Source: a bacterium
GTDB taxonomy: Bacteria; UBA8248
Reading direction: 5' to 3'
Assembly: GCA_965204535.1 (NCBI GenBank)
Contig: OZ241996.1
Location: forward strand, 1,280,001-1,344,000
DNA: 64,000 bases
Shown here: in pieces, positions 29,654 to 39,233 of the stretch
Layout of the letters: each line of letters opens with the position of its first letter
Numbering within the stretch: the stretch's first letter is position 1
The notes under the pieces: generated by a model
Databases searched by the model: none
Told to the model about the DNA's origin: nothing
What the model saw: the letters and a program-made list of their open reading frames with translations, nothing else
Program-made: the position numbers and the translations under genes

Positions 29654-30283
29654 CTAGGCTTCCCCGTCGGCCAGGGCGCGCTCGAAGGCTTGCCGGAAAA
29701 TTTCCATGGGCTGCGCGCCGGTGATCCTGTATTTGCCGGCGAAATCGACCGTAGGCGTGGACTGTATGCCTGCATTCACCGCCTCGACGTGATCCGCCCG
29801 GACGCGCTTTTCCATATCCGGGTTGGCCATGACCTCGCGCATGATCGCGGGCTCCGCTCCCAGCCGCTCGGCGGCGGTCACGAGCACCTCAAAGTCGTCG
29901 ATGTTCAGGCATACGACCAAGTGCGTTCTCTCCACGGCTTCGAGATATTCACCCTCGCGTTCGGGAAGTTGGGCGGCGAAGGCCTTTATCGCAATCGCGC
30001 CGGGGGTGGAGTGGGGGTAGGGAAAGTCGCGGCGCGCCATGAGTTCGGGATTGATCGCCTCGCCGCCGGGGTGGCTTTTCGCCATCGCCCAGTGGCCCAT
30101 GATGGCCTCCTTGCGGGCCGGACGATAGTCCGGTTCGGGCGAGAGCAGAAAGGCGCGGTATCGGATGGCGAGGCGCCCGCCCGCCTGCTCGCTCAATGTT
30201 CGCAACCGCCCGGTCGCGATGAGGCACCAGGCTCAGTGGACGCAATAGGTATAGGTGGCTTCTACGACGGATTCGTTCGGCAA
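29654..30283 (-). CDS. DsbA/FrnE-like thioredoxin-fold selenoprotein (C14-V-H-U17-A-W-C20), 209 aa
   Basis: ORF 29654..30205 has RYRAFLL, GIQSTPT and ITGAQP but no redox motif; the upstream frame reads TTG-PNESVVEATYTYCVH-TGA(30233-30235)-AWC after a GGGGAG RBS. Confidence 0.85.
30200..30219 (-). promoter_or_regulatory. Putative bacterial SECIS apical hairpin
   Basis: UCGCGACC-GGGC-GGUUGCGA; loop begins 22 nt after the UGA; lower pairings CUCA/UGAG and GCCUG/CAGGC. Confidence 0.72.
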
Positions 30284-30361
30284 TGCGCGCTCCCCATCGT
30301 TCGGCGGACTTAAGGACCAATCCTTTCACCTCCAAGGATTCAGCGCAATACAGAATGTAGC

Positions 30362-31042
30362 TCAGCTAAGAAAGTCCCGCGTATGCCGGGCGCGCGAAGA
30401 ATCCTCGGAGAGGCGGCCCTTCAAGGCCTCCAGATCGTCCGCATCGTCCACGTCGCGCCACTCGGGGAGGAGGGAAACCTCGATATGGAGCGTGTCCGCT
30501 CTTGCAATCGTTCGGGAAAGCACCTCGCTCGTGCTCCAGGGTATGCCGGTGAAAATTTCAGGCAGGAACCGGTTCATCCCAATGAGATAGTAGCCCCCGT
30601 CCGCCGCGGGGCCGAGCGCGACGGTCGGTTCATCCCCGCACTCCAGCTTCTCGAACGCATCTATCAGAACTTCATGCGGCAGATCCGGGAAATCCGTGCC
30701 GATGAGCACAGCATTCCTCCCGGCCGCCAGGCATCGCCCCAGCGCCGCCGCCATGCGCATCCCTAAGTCCGCGCCCGCTTGCGCCCGGTGGAGAAAGGCG
30801 CCGGGCAGCCAGTCCGTGAGCGGAAAGTCATCGGGCGACTCGGCCTCCTCCAGCGCCCACTCGCAGACGAGGGAGACGCCCGGCCTCGCATCGCAGAGCG
30901 CGCGCGCCGTCTCGGCGGCGTCTCTTAAGAAACACGCATACAGATGCGCGGCCCCCTCGCGCCCGAGACTCGCCGCGAGGCGCGTCTTCACCCGGCCGGC
31001 GAGGGGCGGTTTGGCGAACAGGATGAGAGATTCAGCCGCCAT
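30362..31042 (-). CDS. DUF2064 / TIGR04282-like transferase
   Basis: FAKPPLAGRVKTRL, QAGADLG, IGTDFP, LGPAADGGYYLIG, IPWST and DVDDADDL motifs. Confidence 0.9.
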   Translation of the reverse strand: MAAESLILFAKPPLAGRVKTRLAASLGREGAAHLYACFLRDAAETARALCDARPGVSLVCEWALEEAESPDDFPLTDWLPGAFLHRAQAGADLGMRMAAALGRCLAAGRNAVLIGTDFPDLPHEVLIDAFEKLECGDEPTVALGPAADGGYYLIGMNRFLPEIFTGIPWSTSEVLSRTIARADTLHIEVSLLPEWRDVDDADDLEALKGRLSEDSSRARHTRDFLS

Positions 31043-31152
31043 CGGTATCCCTGATGTGGAAGAGTCTGTGGAGTAAAACGCAGCGTCTTGTTAGAATCAT
31101 ACCCTCGTTTGATTATCATTTCGCGTCACACCGAGCAAAAAGGACACCCAAC

Positions 31153-31596
31153 ATGGAATTCAACCAGGAGATCACCGTCGCCGCCCCCCGGGAGAAGGTG
31201 TGGGATTTCATCTGGCAGGTCGAGGAGTTCGCCGCCTGCGTGCCCGGCGTGAAGGACGTGGAGAAGATAGACGACGCGACCTACGGCGTGCGTGTCGAGC
31301 AGAAGGTCAGTTTCCTGAAGGCGAGCTTTCAACTTCAGGTCAACATCGAGGAAGTCCGCGCGCCCGAGTACATCCGCACGGTGGGCGAGGGGAAGGACTC
31401 GAAAATCGCGGCGAGCCTCAAGCAGAAAAATGAGGTGACGCTAGAGGCCGTCTCAGAGAATGAAACCAGGGTGCGCATCGACTCGAGCGTCGACGTGTTC
31501 GGCAAACTCGGCTCGCTCGGCTTCACCGTCATCAAGAACCAGGCGAACAAGATATTCGCCGAGTTTGCAAAGAACGTGAAGGCGAAAGTGGAGTAG
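31153..31596 (+). CDS. CoxG/SRPBCC family protein
   Basis: APREKVWDF, CVPGV and VFGKLGSLG motifs. Confidence 0.85.
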   Translation: MEFNQEITVAAPREKVWDFIWQVEEFAACVPGVKDVEKIDDATYGVRVEQKVSFLKASFQLQVNIEEVRAPEYIRTVGEGKDSKIAASLKQKNEVTLEAVSENETRVRIDSSVDVFGKLGSLGFTVIKNQANKIFAEFAKNVKAKVE

Positions 31597-31756
31597 GGGC
31601 GGAAGCCTCCCGCCGCGCGGCGCGCCGCCGCAGTTTGCCGCACCACCGTTTGGCTGGGTTCGTCATTCCGGTGCCAGCCCCGACTGAGGAGAACAGTGAT
31701 TCACTCCCGGTCGGCTCAATACGCAGAATTACGAAGTGAGGCTTTTCCCAACCCCC

Positions 31757-32233
31757 TCACGGCCGCTTGATGATCCACTCCTCCACCAGTTCGCAGCCGC
31801 TCTCGCGGTAGAGCGCGGAAATGGGGCAGCGCCCGTGGTGCTGGTGCTTGAGTTCGGCCACCCGCTCCTCAGGCTCGTCCGTGGTGAGGTGGATTTTCGC
31901 CTCCACGTAATCGAAATTCGGGCTGATGCCGTTGTCCGGGTCCTTGGCGCCCCGGGGGTCGGCCGTGCCGCGAACCTCCACCTCCTGGGCGATGACGTTG
32001 AAGTCGAGCCCCTCGGCCACCTTGTTCGTGATGACCGTGATGCAGGCGGAAAGCGCGCCGAGGGCCAGTTCGCGCGGCGTGGGGCCCGTGTCGGTTCCCC
32101 CGCCCTGCGCCGGTTCATCGGCGACGAAGGCGTGCTTGCGCGCTTTCAACTCCACCCGGCAGCCCTCCGCGCGCGTGGCCCGAACCCGGCGCTCCTGTTT
32201 GGCCATCACTTCCTTGTCTACGGATTCCACCAT
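31757..32233 (-). CDS. OsmC family protein
   Basis: DEPAQGGGTDTGPTPRELALGALSAC and RCPI motifs. Confidence 0.9.
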   Translation of the reverse strand: MVESVDKEVMAKQERRVRATRAEGCRVELKARKHAFVADEPAQGGGTDTGPTPRELALGALSACITVITNKVAEGLDFNVIAQEVEVRGTADPRGAKDPDNGISPNFDYVEAKIHLTTDEPEERVAELKHQHHGRCPISALYRESGCELVEEWIIKRP

Positions 32234-32284
32234 CGGTATTTCTCCTCGGAAATATGAAAACGAATGCGTCTTGGCGAATAAAAC

Positions 32285-33346
32285 CTAGTCGAACACCACC
32301 GCCGCCCTTCCGGTCACCCGGTTTTCCATAAGCGCCTGGAAGGCGGTTTCGGTCTCCTCGAGCCGAAACGTCTCGGTGACGATGGGTTTGATTTTTCCCT
32401 GCTGAATCAGCGCAAGCGATTGTCCGAGTTCTTCCATCGAGCAGTAGCGCGAGCCGTGAATCTCCTGCGCGTAGGTGAGAAGCTGGAGCGGGTCGACGGT
32501 GAAGTTGGGCGATACGTTGTTGTACGCCGGCGCCGGGCGGTAGCCCACGATCACGAGCTTGCCCCCGCGTCCGATGCTGGCCACGCCGGCTTCGAGCGTC
32601 TCGCGCGAGGCCACGTAGTCGATGTAGGCGTCCACGCCTCGCCCGTCGGTGAGCGAGAGGATTTCCTCCACCGTGTCGGTCTGCGCAGGGTTCAGGGTGG
32701 CGAAGGCGCCGAGCTGGGATACCGTCTCGAGTTTTTTCTCCGACACGTCGATCCCGATCACGTGGCCGCCGCACACCTGGGCCATCTGCACCGCGTGAAT
32801 CGCCACGCCGCCGCCCGCGCCCACGATAGCCACCACGTCGCCGGGTTTTATCTGCGCCTCGGCCACGCAGTTGTGGTAGGGCGTGCAGATGGCGTCCGCC
32901 GCCACGCAGGCATCGAGCGAGGAGACGCCGTCCGGAATCTTGCACAGGTTCACGGCGGGGACGGCCGTGTATTCGGCGTAGCCTCCGTCCATGACGAGGC
33001 CGACATATCCCCGGAAATTCTCGCAAAGCGTCTCGCGCCCGCTGCGGCAATAGCGGCAGTTGTGGCAGGTGAGGTAGAAGTGGCACGTCACGTGATCGCC
33101 GACGCCCACGTTCGTGACATGGGAGCCTGTCTCGACGACCTCGCCCGCAATCTCGTGTCCCAGGATTCGGGGATATTCATCCACCAGCCCCGGCGTGCTG
33201 CGCATGATGACCAGCGTAAGGCCCACGCCCGTGGCCTTCAACTGCACCAGCGCGTCGTTCGGACCCGGCTGGGGCACCGGAACTTCTTCGAGCTGAAACG
33301 ATCCGCCCAACTCATGAAGCCGCATTGCTTTCATCGTGGATGCCAT
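32285..33346 (-). CDS. Zn-binding alcohol dehydrogenase family protein
   Basis: GHE, CxxCxxCx7C and GAGGGV motifs; the usual catalytic C-x-(S/T)-D region reads TGVGLTL. Confidence 0.88.
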   Translation of the reverse strand: MASTMKAMRLHELGGSFQLEEVPVPQPGPNDALVQLKATGVGLTLVIMRSTPGLVDEYPRILGHEIAGEVVETGSHVTNVGVGDHVTCHFYLTCHNCRYCRSGRETLCENFRGYVGLVMDGGYAEYTAVPAVNLCKIPDGVSSLDACVAADAICTPYHNCVAEAQIKPGDVVAIVGAGGGVAIHAVQMAQVCGGHVIGIDVSEKKLETVSQLGAFATLNPAQTDTVEEILSLTDGRGVDAYIDYVASRETLEAGVASIGRGGKLVIVGYRPAPAYNNVSPNFTVDPLQLLTYAQEIHGSRYCSMEELGQSLALIQQGKIKPIVTETFRLEETETAFQALMENRVTGRAAVVFD

Positions 33347-33586
33347 CTCTTCGCCTCCTCAGGTCGTATCGGGCGCGCCGGCCGCAACGGGTGGATGTGT
33401 CGGAACGCGTCATACGACTTTAAGGCTTTTCACGCGGCCTGAAAAGAGGCGAGGGGTTGTTGGGCGCGCCGAGATTTCTCACGCCGGTCCGGTTTATTCT
33501 CCTCATTCTTCACGAGAATCCCCATATACCCATTCCGCCTGTACTCATGCTAAAATCCGCGAAATGCACCGCCAAGGAGAGGCCAC

Positions 33587-33979
33587 TTGATCTTCAAACT
33601 GTTTTTGCTGTTCACGCTCATTCCCATCATCGAACTGATGATTCTCATCGATCTGGGAACCTCCATCGGCCTGGCCCCGACGCTGGGGGTGGTCATCCTC
33701 ACCGGCGCGCTCGGCGCATGGGCGGCGAGAACCCAGGGGTTTTACGTGGTCTCGCGCATCCAGGCGGAAATGGCGGAGGGGAAGCTTCCCGGGGCCGAGA
33801 TGGTCGAGGGTGCGATGGTGCTCGTGGGCGGCGTGCTGCTCCTGACGCCCGGACTCCTGACGGACGCCGCCGGTTTCGCCTTGATGATCCCCGCCGTTCG
33901 GGCCGTGGTGCGGGGCTGGCTGATGCGAAAATTCGAAAAGATGATCGAAGAAGGCAAGGTGCATGTCTACCGGGGCTAG
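33587..33979 (+). CDS. fxsA: FxsA family membrane protein
   Basis: IPIIEL and GGVLLLTPGLLTDAAG motifs. Confidence 0.92.
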   Translation: MIFKLFLLFTLIPIIELMILIDLGTSIGLAPTLGVVILTGALGAWAARTQGFYVVSRIQAEMAEGKLPGAEMVEGAMVLVGGVLLLTPGLLTDAAGFALMIPAVRAVVRGWLMRKFEKMIEEGKVHVYRG

Positions 33980-34910
33980 GGTGGAGCGCATCGGACCGGA
34001 GCACCGCCATTCCCTGACCGCCCTGGCGGCGGAGGCTTTCGGGCTTTCGCGCGAGGAAATGGATGCCGGTTTCGGCGCGCCGGGAACGAAGGTCTGGCTC
34101 GCCTGGCCGGGGGAGGGCGAAGACGAGACCCCGGCGGGCTACTGCCGCATGGTGGTGAACAGGGAGGCGAGAGCGAGGAACAGGGCCTGCATCGACGCTC
34201 TCTACGTGCGGCCCGAAGCCCGCAAGGCGGGTTACGCCCGGAATCTGCTGGAGGCGGCCCTCGCCGAAGCGCGGGAAAACGGCCTGGACGGCATCTGGGC
34301 GTATCTGCCCGTATCGCTTCCGGGGCGTTTCATATATCTGAGCGGCGGGCGAAAAGTGCGCGACCTCCGCTTCCTGAAGCATGACGCGCTCACGGAGTTG
34401 GGAGAACCGCGTCTGCCGGCGGGCTACCGGCTTCGCGCGGCGGCTCTTCCGGAGGACGGGCAATACCTCGCCGATCTGTTCAACGAGATTTTCCCGGACA
34501 TGTGGAACTTCATGCCTCATACGCCCGAGACGATCACCGCCTGGTACGACGCGCCGGATACGGACCCGGAAAACTCGTTCATTCTCGAATTTCATAACGG
34601 CGAATCGGGAAGCCCCCAGGGCGCGGGGATGGCGATATTGGCCGTCGACCCGAGCCGGTTGGCCACGGGCGATAAAGCCGTCTACATCCCCGACCTCGGC
34701 GTTATGCGCGGCCACCGGAGACGCGGGCTGGGCCGCTTGCTGATCCAGGCTTCCGCCCAAAGAGCGCAGGCGTGCGGTGCGGAGGCGCTCGAACTCATCG
34801 TTTCCGCAGAAGACGAAGACGTGCGCGCGTTCTACCAGGGTCTGGGATTCAACGAGGTGGGGGTCATCAGCGTCTATGAGTGGCTCTGCAGTGACTTAGA
34901 ATCTACTTGA
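33963..34910 (+). CDS. Tandem GNAT acetyltransferase
   Basis: Two acetyl-CoA motifs, YVRPEARKAGYA and GVMRGHRRRGLG; FYQGLGF. Confidence 0.85.
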   Translation: MSTGARVERIGPEHRHSLTALAAEAFGLSREEMDAGFGAPGTKVWLAWPGEGEDETPAGYCRMVVNREARARNRACIDALYVRPEARKAGYARNLLEAALAEARENGLDGIWAYLPVSLPGRFIYLSGGRKVRDLRFLKHDALTELGEPRLPAGYRLRAAALPEDGQYLADLFNEIFPDMWNFMPHTPETITAWYDAPDTDPENSFILEFHNGESGSPQGAGMAILAVDPSRLATGDKAVYIPDLGVMRGHRRRGLGRLLIQASAQRAQACGAEALELIVSAEDEDVRAFYQGLGFNEVGVISVYEWLCSDLEST

Positions 34911-34939
34911 ATAAATATTTTCAACATATTGTTATTGAG

Positions 34940-36202
34940 TCATAAATTACTTTTTATGTAGCTCGATACTTCCTCGCGTCTCACCTCGGTCTGGCGGCTC
35001 TCATTCATGTGGCGAACGCTCACCACCCCCTTGGCCGCCTCGTCGTCGCCTAGGAGAAGCACGAACGCCGCACCCGAGCGATCAGCGCGTCTCATCTGGC
35101 TTTTCATGCTGCCCCCGCCGAAGGAGCGGTCGGTGCGAATCCCCCCCGCGCGAAGTTCTGCGGCGAGTCCGAAGACTTGGGGCTCTGCGGCGTCGCCGAG
35201 TGCGACGATGTAGACTTGCGGTTCCTCATTCTGCGCCGGGGCCTTTTTTCCCGCTAACTGCAAGAGACGCTCCACACCGACCGCGAAGCCGATACCCGGC
35301 GTGGGCGGGCCGCCCAGCTCCTCCATGAGACCGTCGTACCGCCCACCGCCGCATACCGCGTTCTGCGCCCCCAGGCTCTCGCTTGTTATCTCGAAGACGG
35401 TGAGGCAGTAGTAGTCGAGGCCGCGAACGAGCCTCGGGTTGATTTCATACGCGACGCCCGCGCTCTTGATGAGCCGGCATACGCTCTCCAGATGCTCCCG
35501 GCAGGCCTCGCTCCAGAACGCGTCTATCCTTGGCGCGCGCGCGATGATCTCCTGGTGGTCCGGGTTCTTGCTGTCCAGAAAGCGAAGCGGGTTGCGCTCG
35601 ACCCGCTCGGCGATTTCGGCGCCCAGGTGCTTCGTTTCTGCTCTGAGATATTCCTGGAGGGCGGCGGCGTAGGCCGGACGGCATTCCGCATCGCCCAGGT
35701 TGTTGATCTGGAGCGCCAGGCTCTTGACTCCCATTTTGTCGAGAAATTCCATGAGCATCACGATGAGTTCGGCGTCGACCGCCGGGTCCACCGAGCCGAA
35801 GACCTCGGCGTCTATCTGGTGGAACTGCCGCAGGCGGCCGGCCTGGGGACGCTCGTAGCGAAACATAGGGCCAATGCAGAAGAGCTTCGATACGCCGGGT
35901 CGGTTGTGGAGGCCGTTTTGCACGTAGGCGCGGCAGATCGAGGCGGTCGCCTCGGGGCGGAGGGTGATGGAGTCGCCCCCCTTGTCTTCAAAGGTGTACA
36001 TCTCCTTGGAGACGATGTCGGTTTCCTCGCCGATGCCGCGCGCGAAGAGTTCGGTGCGCTCGAACACGGGCACTCTTATCTCTCCGTAGCCGTAACGCGC
36101 GAAAATCTCGCGCGCCAGACGCTCGGCGCCATGCCACCGCAAGGATTCTTCGGGCAGGATGTCTTTCACGCCGCGCACCGCCGTGAGTCTGGGCCGCGCC
36201 AT
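34940..36202 (-). CDS. hisS: Histidine--tRNA ligase
   Basis: RGVKDILP, LRPEATA, FRYERPQAGR, LVRGLDYY and GGGRYD motifs. Confidence 0.98.
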   Translation of the reverse strand: MARPRLTAVRGVKDILPEESLRWHGAERLAREIFARYGYGEIRVPVFERTELFARGIGEETDIVSKEMYTFEDKGGDSITLRPEATASICRAYVQNGLHNRPGVSKLFCIGPMFRYERPQAGRLRQFHQIDAEVFGSVDPAVDAELIVMLMEFLDKMGVKSLALQINNLGDAECRPAYAAALQEYLRAETKHLGAEIAERVERNPLRFLDSKNPDHQEIIARAPRIDAFWSEACREHLESVCRLIKSAGVAYEINPRLVRGLDYYCLTVFEITSESLGAQNAVCGGGRYDGLMEELGGPPTPGIGFAVGVERLLQLAGKKAPAQNEEPQVYIVALGDAAEPQVFGLAAELRAGGIRTDRSFGGGSMKSQMRRADRSGAAFVLLLGDDEAAKGVVSVRHMNESRQTEVRREEVSSYIKSNL

Positions 36203-36204
36203 CG

Positions 36205-36954
36205 CTATCCTCCAAGAGCCGCTTCGAGCAGGCGGGGCAGGGCGACGCCCGAGGGCTCCTGCACCGCCTCGCTCATGTACGGGCTGATATCCGTCGGCTC
36301 GGGGTTCACCTCGAGCACGAACGCGCCGCCTCGCGAGGCCGTCATGGGCATCGAGGCGGCCGGCTGCACCGCGGCGGACGTGCCCGCCACGATCAGGTAA
36401 TCGCAATCATCCACCGCAACGAGCGCCCGACGCAACTGCTCGGGGTCGAGCATCTCGCCGAACCACACCACGTGGGGGCGCAGCAGGCTCTCGCACGCCT
36501 CACACTTCGGGGGCAGGGGGTCGATCGGTACGTCGCGGTTCTCCCATGCGAGCGTGTAGCGCTCACAGCCTATGTTCGTGCAGCGGACGCGCCAGATGTT
36601 GCCGTGCAGTTCCACGATTTCGCGCGTCCCGGCGACGCGGTGTAAGTTGTCGATGTTCTGCGTGATGAGTGCGAAGCGCGCGAAGTGCTCCTCAAGCGAG
36701 GCGATGGCGTAATGGCCCGGGTTGGGCGCCAGGGGTTCGAGCACCTCGCGGCGGTAGTTGTAAAACTCCCAGACGAGTTTCGGGTCGGCGCGAAAGGCCT
36801 CGGGCGTCGCCAGCGAGGTGGCGCTGTACTCGCGCCACAGGCCGCCCGCTCCCCGGAAGGTAGGCACGCCGCTCTCCGCACTCACGCCCGCCCCGGTCAG
36901 GACGACCACCGATTCCGCGTCTTTGAGAGTGTCAATCGCGCGTTGGCTGAACAT
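36205..36954 (-). CDS. cobB: NAD-dependent protein deacylase (class III sirtuin)
   Basis: GAGVSAESG, FYNYRR, TQNID, ELHG and RPHVVWFGE motifs. Confidence 0.95.
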   Translation of the reverse strand: MFSQRAIDTLKDAESVVVLTGAGVSAESGVPTFRGAGGLWREYSATSLATPEAFRADPKLVWEFYNYRREVLEPLAPNPGHYAIASLEEHFARFALITQNIDNLHRVAGTREIVELHGNIWRVRCTNIGCERYTLAWENRDVPIDPLPPKCEACESLLRPHVVWFGEMLDPEQLRRALVAVDDCDYLIVAGTSAAVQPAASMPMTASRGGAFVLEVNPEPTDISPYMSEAVQEPSGVALPRLLEAALGG

Positions 36955-37043
36955 CGTTTTCTCCATTCCATCATGCGTCCGCCGCCTACTCGGGATGAGG
37001 GGGCGGACCCGATCGGTGGGGGGCAAGCCCGATTGAAGAATGA

Positions 37044-37319
37044 GGGCTTGTTGAAAAGCTCCTTTTGAGAGCGCGCGCGTTGAATTTCACTCCCCCCTTG
37101 AGGGGGAGTCAACGAGGCAAGGGCGAAGCCCGCAGGCGAGTTGGTGGGGGGACATGCCACAGAATAAATCTCCCCCCACCGAATCGGCCTTCGTCCAAAG
37201 GACTCGGCCTCTTCGACTCCCCCTCAAGGGGGGAGTGAATCTCGCTTTTGCTCGTCTTGCCGCCGGGTTTTTCGAGGCGGAGAAACTCGACCCCCCCAAG
37301 AGGGCTTTTCAACAAACCC
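37044..37319. mobile_element. MITE-like element with 18-bp terminal inverted repeats and an internal perfect 25-bp inverted pair
   Basis: Ends 37044-37061 and 37302-37319 match at 16/18; TTCACTCCCCCCTTGAGGGGGAGTC at 37086-37110 has its inverse at 37215-37239. Confidence 0.75.
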
Positions 37320-37514
37320 CGCACAGTCGGGTTTGTTCGCAACGAACCCCGGCAATCTCTACCGCCGCCTCCCGCCATGTACGCCCGTATGAAACTTCGG
37401 AGAAGGTAGTCCATCGGCCCCGCGTGCGCAAACGGGTATGGAAGTTGACACGCGCGCGGATGCCGCCTAGCTTTGGCGGGCTTTGTTTCTATGGGGGAAC
37501 CGGAGGAGTTTCAG

Positions 37515-39218
37515 GTGGCGCGAAACGGATCGCAGGTCCTGCTGGATGCGCTTAAGGAAAACGGCGCGGAATACATCTTTGGCATTCCGGGCACGCTCAC
37601 GCTGCCGGTCTACGACGCGATGATCGACGGCGCGGGCGCGACGCCGGTCGTCACGCGCCACGAGCAGGGGGCGGGTTTCGCGGCGGACGGCTACGCCAAG
37701 GTGTCCGGTAAGACGGGTGTGGTCTTCACCGTGCCGGGGCCGGGCGGCACGAACCTCGCCACCGCGCTTCGCTCCGCTTATGAGGACGCGGTTCCCGTCG
37801 TCGCGGTGACGGCCACCCTCGCCGACAACATGCGGAACAGAAGCGCCATCCATGACGTGGACATGGAAAAGGCGCTCGCGGGCTGCGTCAAAAAGGCGTT
37901 CACGCCCGATTCGGTCGCGGGCATAGAGCCCGCCGTGGAGGCCGCGTTCCGCTGGGCGGAGGCGGGAAGGCCGGGACCTGTGCAGGTGGTGATGAAGGCG
38001 GACCTGTTCCAGGCCGAAGAGGAGCGGGTGATCATAAAACCCGAATTCAAGGGGCCGCCGCCCCCGCCGCCCGTCGATGAGCGCGCGCTCGATGAGATCG
38101 CGAAATCGCTCCTGGCCGCCAGGCGCCCGGTGATTTACGCAGGCAATGGTGTTGTGGCTGCCCGCTGTGAGAGGGAGGTGCAGCTTCTCGCTTCCAGGCT
38201 GGGCGCGCCCGTCGTCACCTCCGTGAAGGGGCGGGGGATTCTGTCCGAAGCCGATCCGCTCTCCTTCGGCCTGGTGCATTTCCTGGGCTGTGAGGAGATG
38301 CTCGAAGAGGCGGATTCGTGTCTGGCCCTAGGGACGGGTTTCGGGCAGTTCGCCACGTTCTACTTCAAGGCACCGATGCCGAAGAATCTCGTTCAGATCG
38401 ACATCGACCCCGAGCGCATCGGGCGGAATTACCCGGCATCAGTGGGCCTGGTGAGCGACTTGAAGCCTGCACTCGATGGCCTGCTCAAGGGAATCGCAGA
38501 CGCGGATGACGCTGCCCTCACAGAAGGACACGTCCGCGTGCGCGAGGGGAAAAGGCGCTATGAGGAGAGGCTGCGCTCGTTTTTGGCAGAACCGGCCGAG
38601 CCGCCCTTCCACGGTCTTTTCGTGATGAAGACGCTGCGCGAGAACACCTCGCCGGATACCATTTTCGTCTCCGATTCCTCCGCCACCCAGAGCTGGCTCA
38701 TGGAGCAGGTGTTCGTGATTCACCGCCCCAGGAGCATCCTGCTATCAGAAGCCTACCAGTCGATGGGCTACGCGGTGGGCGCGGCGGTCGGTGCGAAGCT
38801 CGGCGCGCCTGAGAGGCCGGTGTGCGCGGTCGTAGGGGACGGCAGCTTCACGATGACCTGCGGCGAACTCGCCACGGCGGCGGCGCTCGGTTTGTCGATC
38901 ACCTACCTCATCTTCAACGACGGGGAATACAACGCGCTCAGACACTCGCAAAAGCACGTGTTCGGCGAGCGCTACATCGCCACTTCTCTCAACAACCCCG
39001 ACTTCCCGGATCTCGCGCGCGCGTTCGGCGCGAATGGGCATCGCGTGGAATCGGCGGAGGCGTTGGGGAGCGCCATCCGGGATGCGCAGTCGGGGGGCGG
39101 CGTTCACGTCATCGACTGTCCGATCGACCGGGATGTGCTCTCATCGAGATGGACGCGGACGGTGAAATCCTTCCGGGGCGGGGCCGCCACCGCGCCGCCG
39201 CCCGACGCGGGCTCTTGA
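37515..39218 (+). CDS. Thiamine pyrophosphate-dependent enzyme (acetolactate synthase large subunit-like)
   Basis: FGIPG, RHEQGAGFAADGYA, PGPGGTN and GDGSF...FND motifs; GGAGGAG RBS before GTG. Confidence 0.92.
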   Translation: MARNGSQVLLDALKENGAEYIFGIPGTLTLPVYDAMIDGAGATPVVTRHEQGAGFAADGYAKVSGKTGVVFTVPGPGGTNLATALRSAYEDAVPVVAVTATLADNMRNRSAIHDVDMEKALAGCVKKAFTPDSVAGIEPAVEAAFRWAEAGRPGPVQVVMKADLFQAEEERVIIKPEFKGPPPPPPVDERALDEIAKSLLAARRPVIYAGNGVVAARCEREVQLLASRLGAPVVTSVKGRGILSEADPLSFGLVHFLGCEEMLEEADSCLALGTGFGQFATFYFKAPMPKNLVQIDIDPERIGRNYPASVGLVSDLKPALDGLLKGIADADDAALTEGHVRVREGKRRYEERLRSFLAEPAEPPFHGLFVMKTLRENTSPDTIFVSDSSATQSWLMEQVFVIHRPRSILLSEAYQSMGYAVGAAVGAKLGAPERPVCAVVGDGSFTMTCGELATAAALGLSITYLIFNDGEYNALRHSQKHVFGERYIATSLNNPDFPDLARAFGANGHRVESAEALGSAIRDAQSGGGVHVIDCPIDRDVLSSRWTRTVKSFRGGAATAPPPDAGS

Positions 39219-39233
39219 GTCTGCGCCTTAAGC

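Noticed and set aside
5977-30283. Genome-wide TGA reassignment (genetic code 4 or 25) as the explanation for the in-frame TGAs
   Set aside because: TGA ends nusA, pnp, hom and hisS at their expected lengths; the read-through cases fall only in Cys-type redox motifs
31652-31706. Two adjacent hairpins containing CTGAGGAG, considered as a ribozyme or tRNA-Sec
   Set aside because: No hammerhead GAAA core, HDV pseudoknot or cloverleaf could be built; more likely a terminator or REP remnant between convergent genes (a CGTCATTCCGG-type sequence also occurs inverted near 7473)
31757-32233. OsmC protein as a third selenoprotein
   Set aside because: Both catalytic positions are ordinary Cys codons
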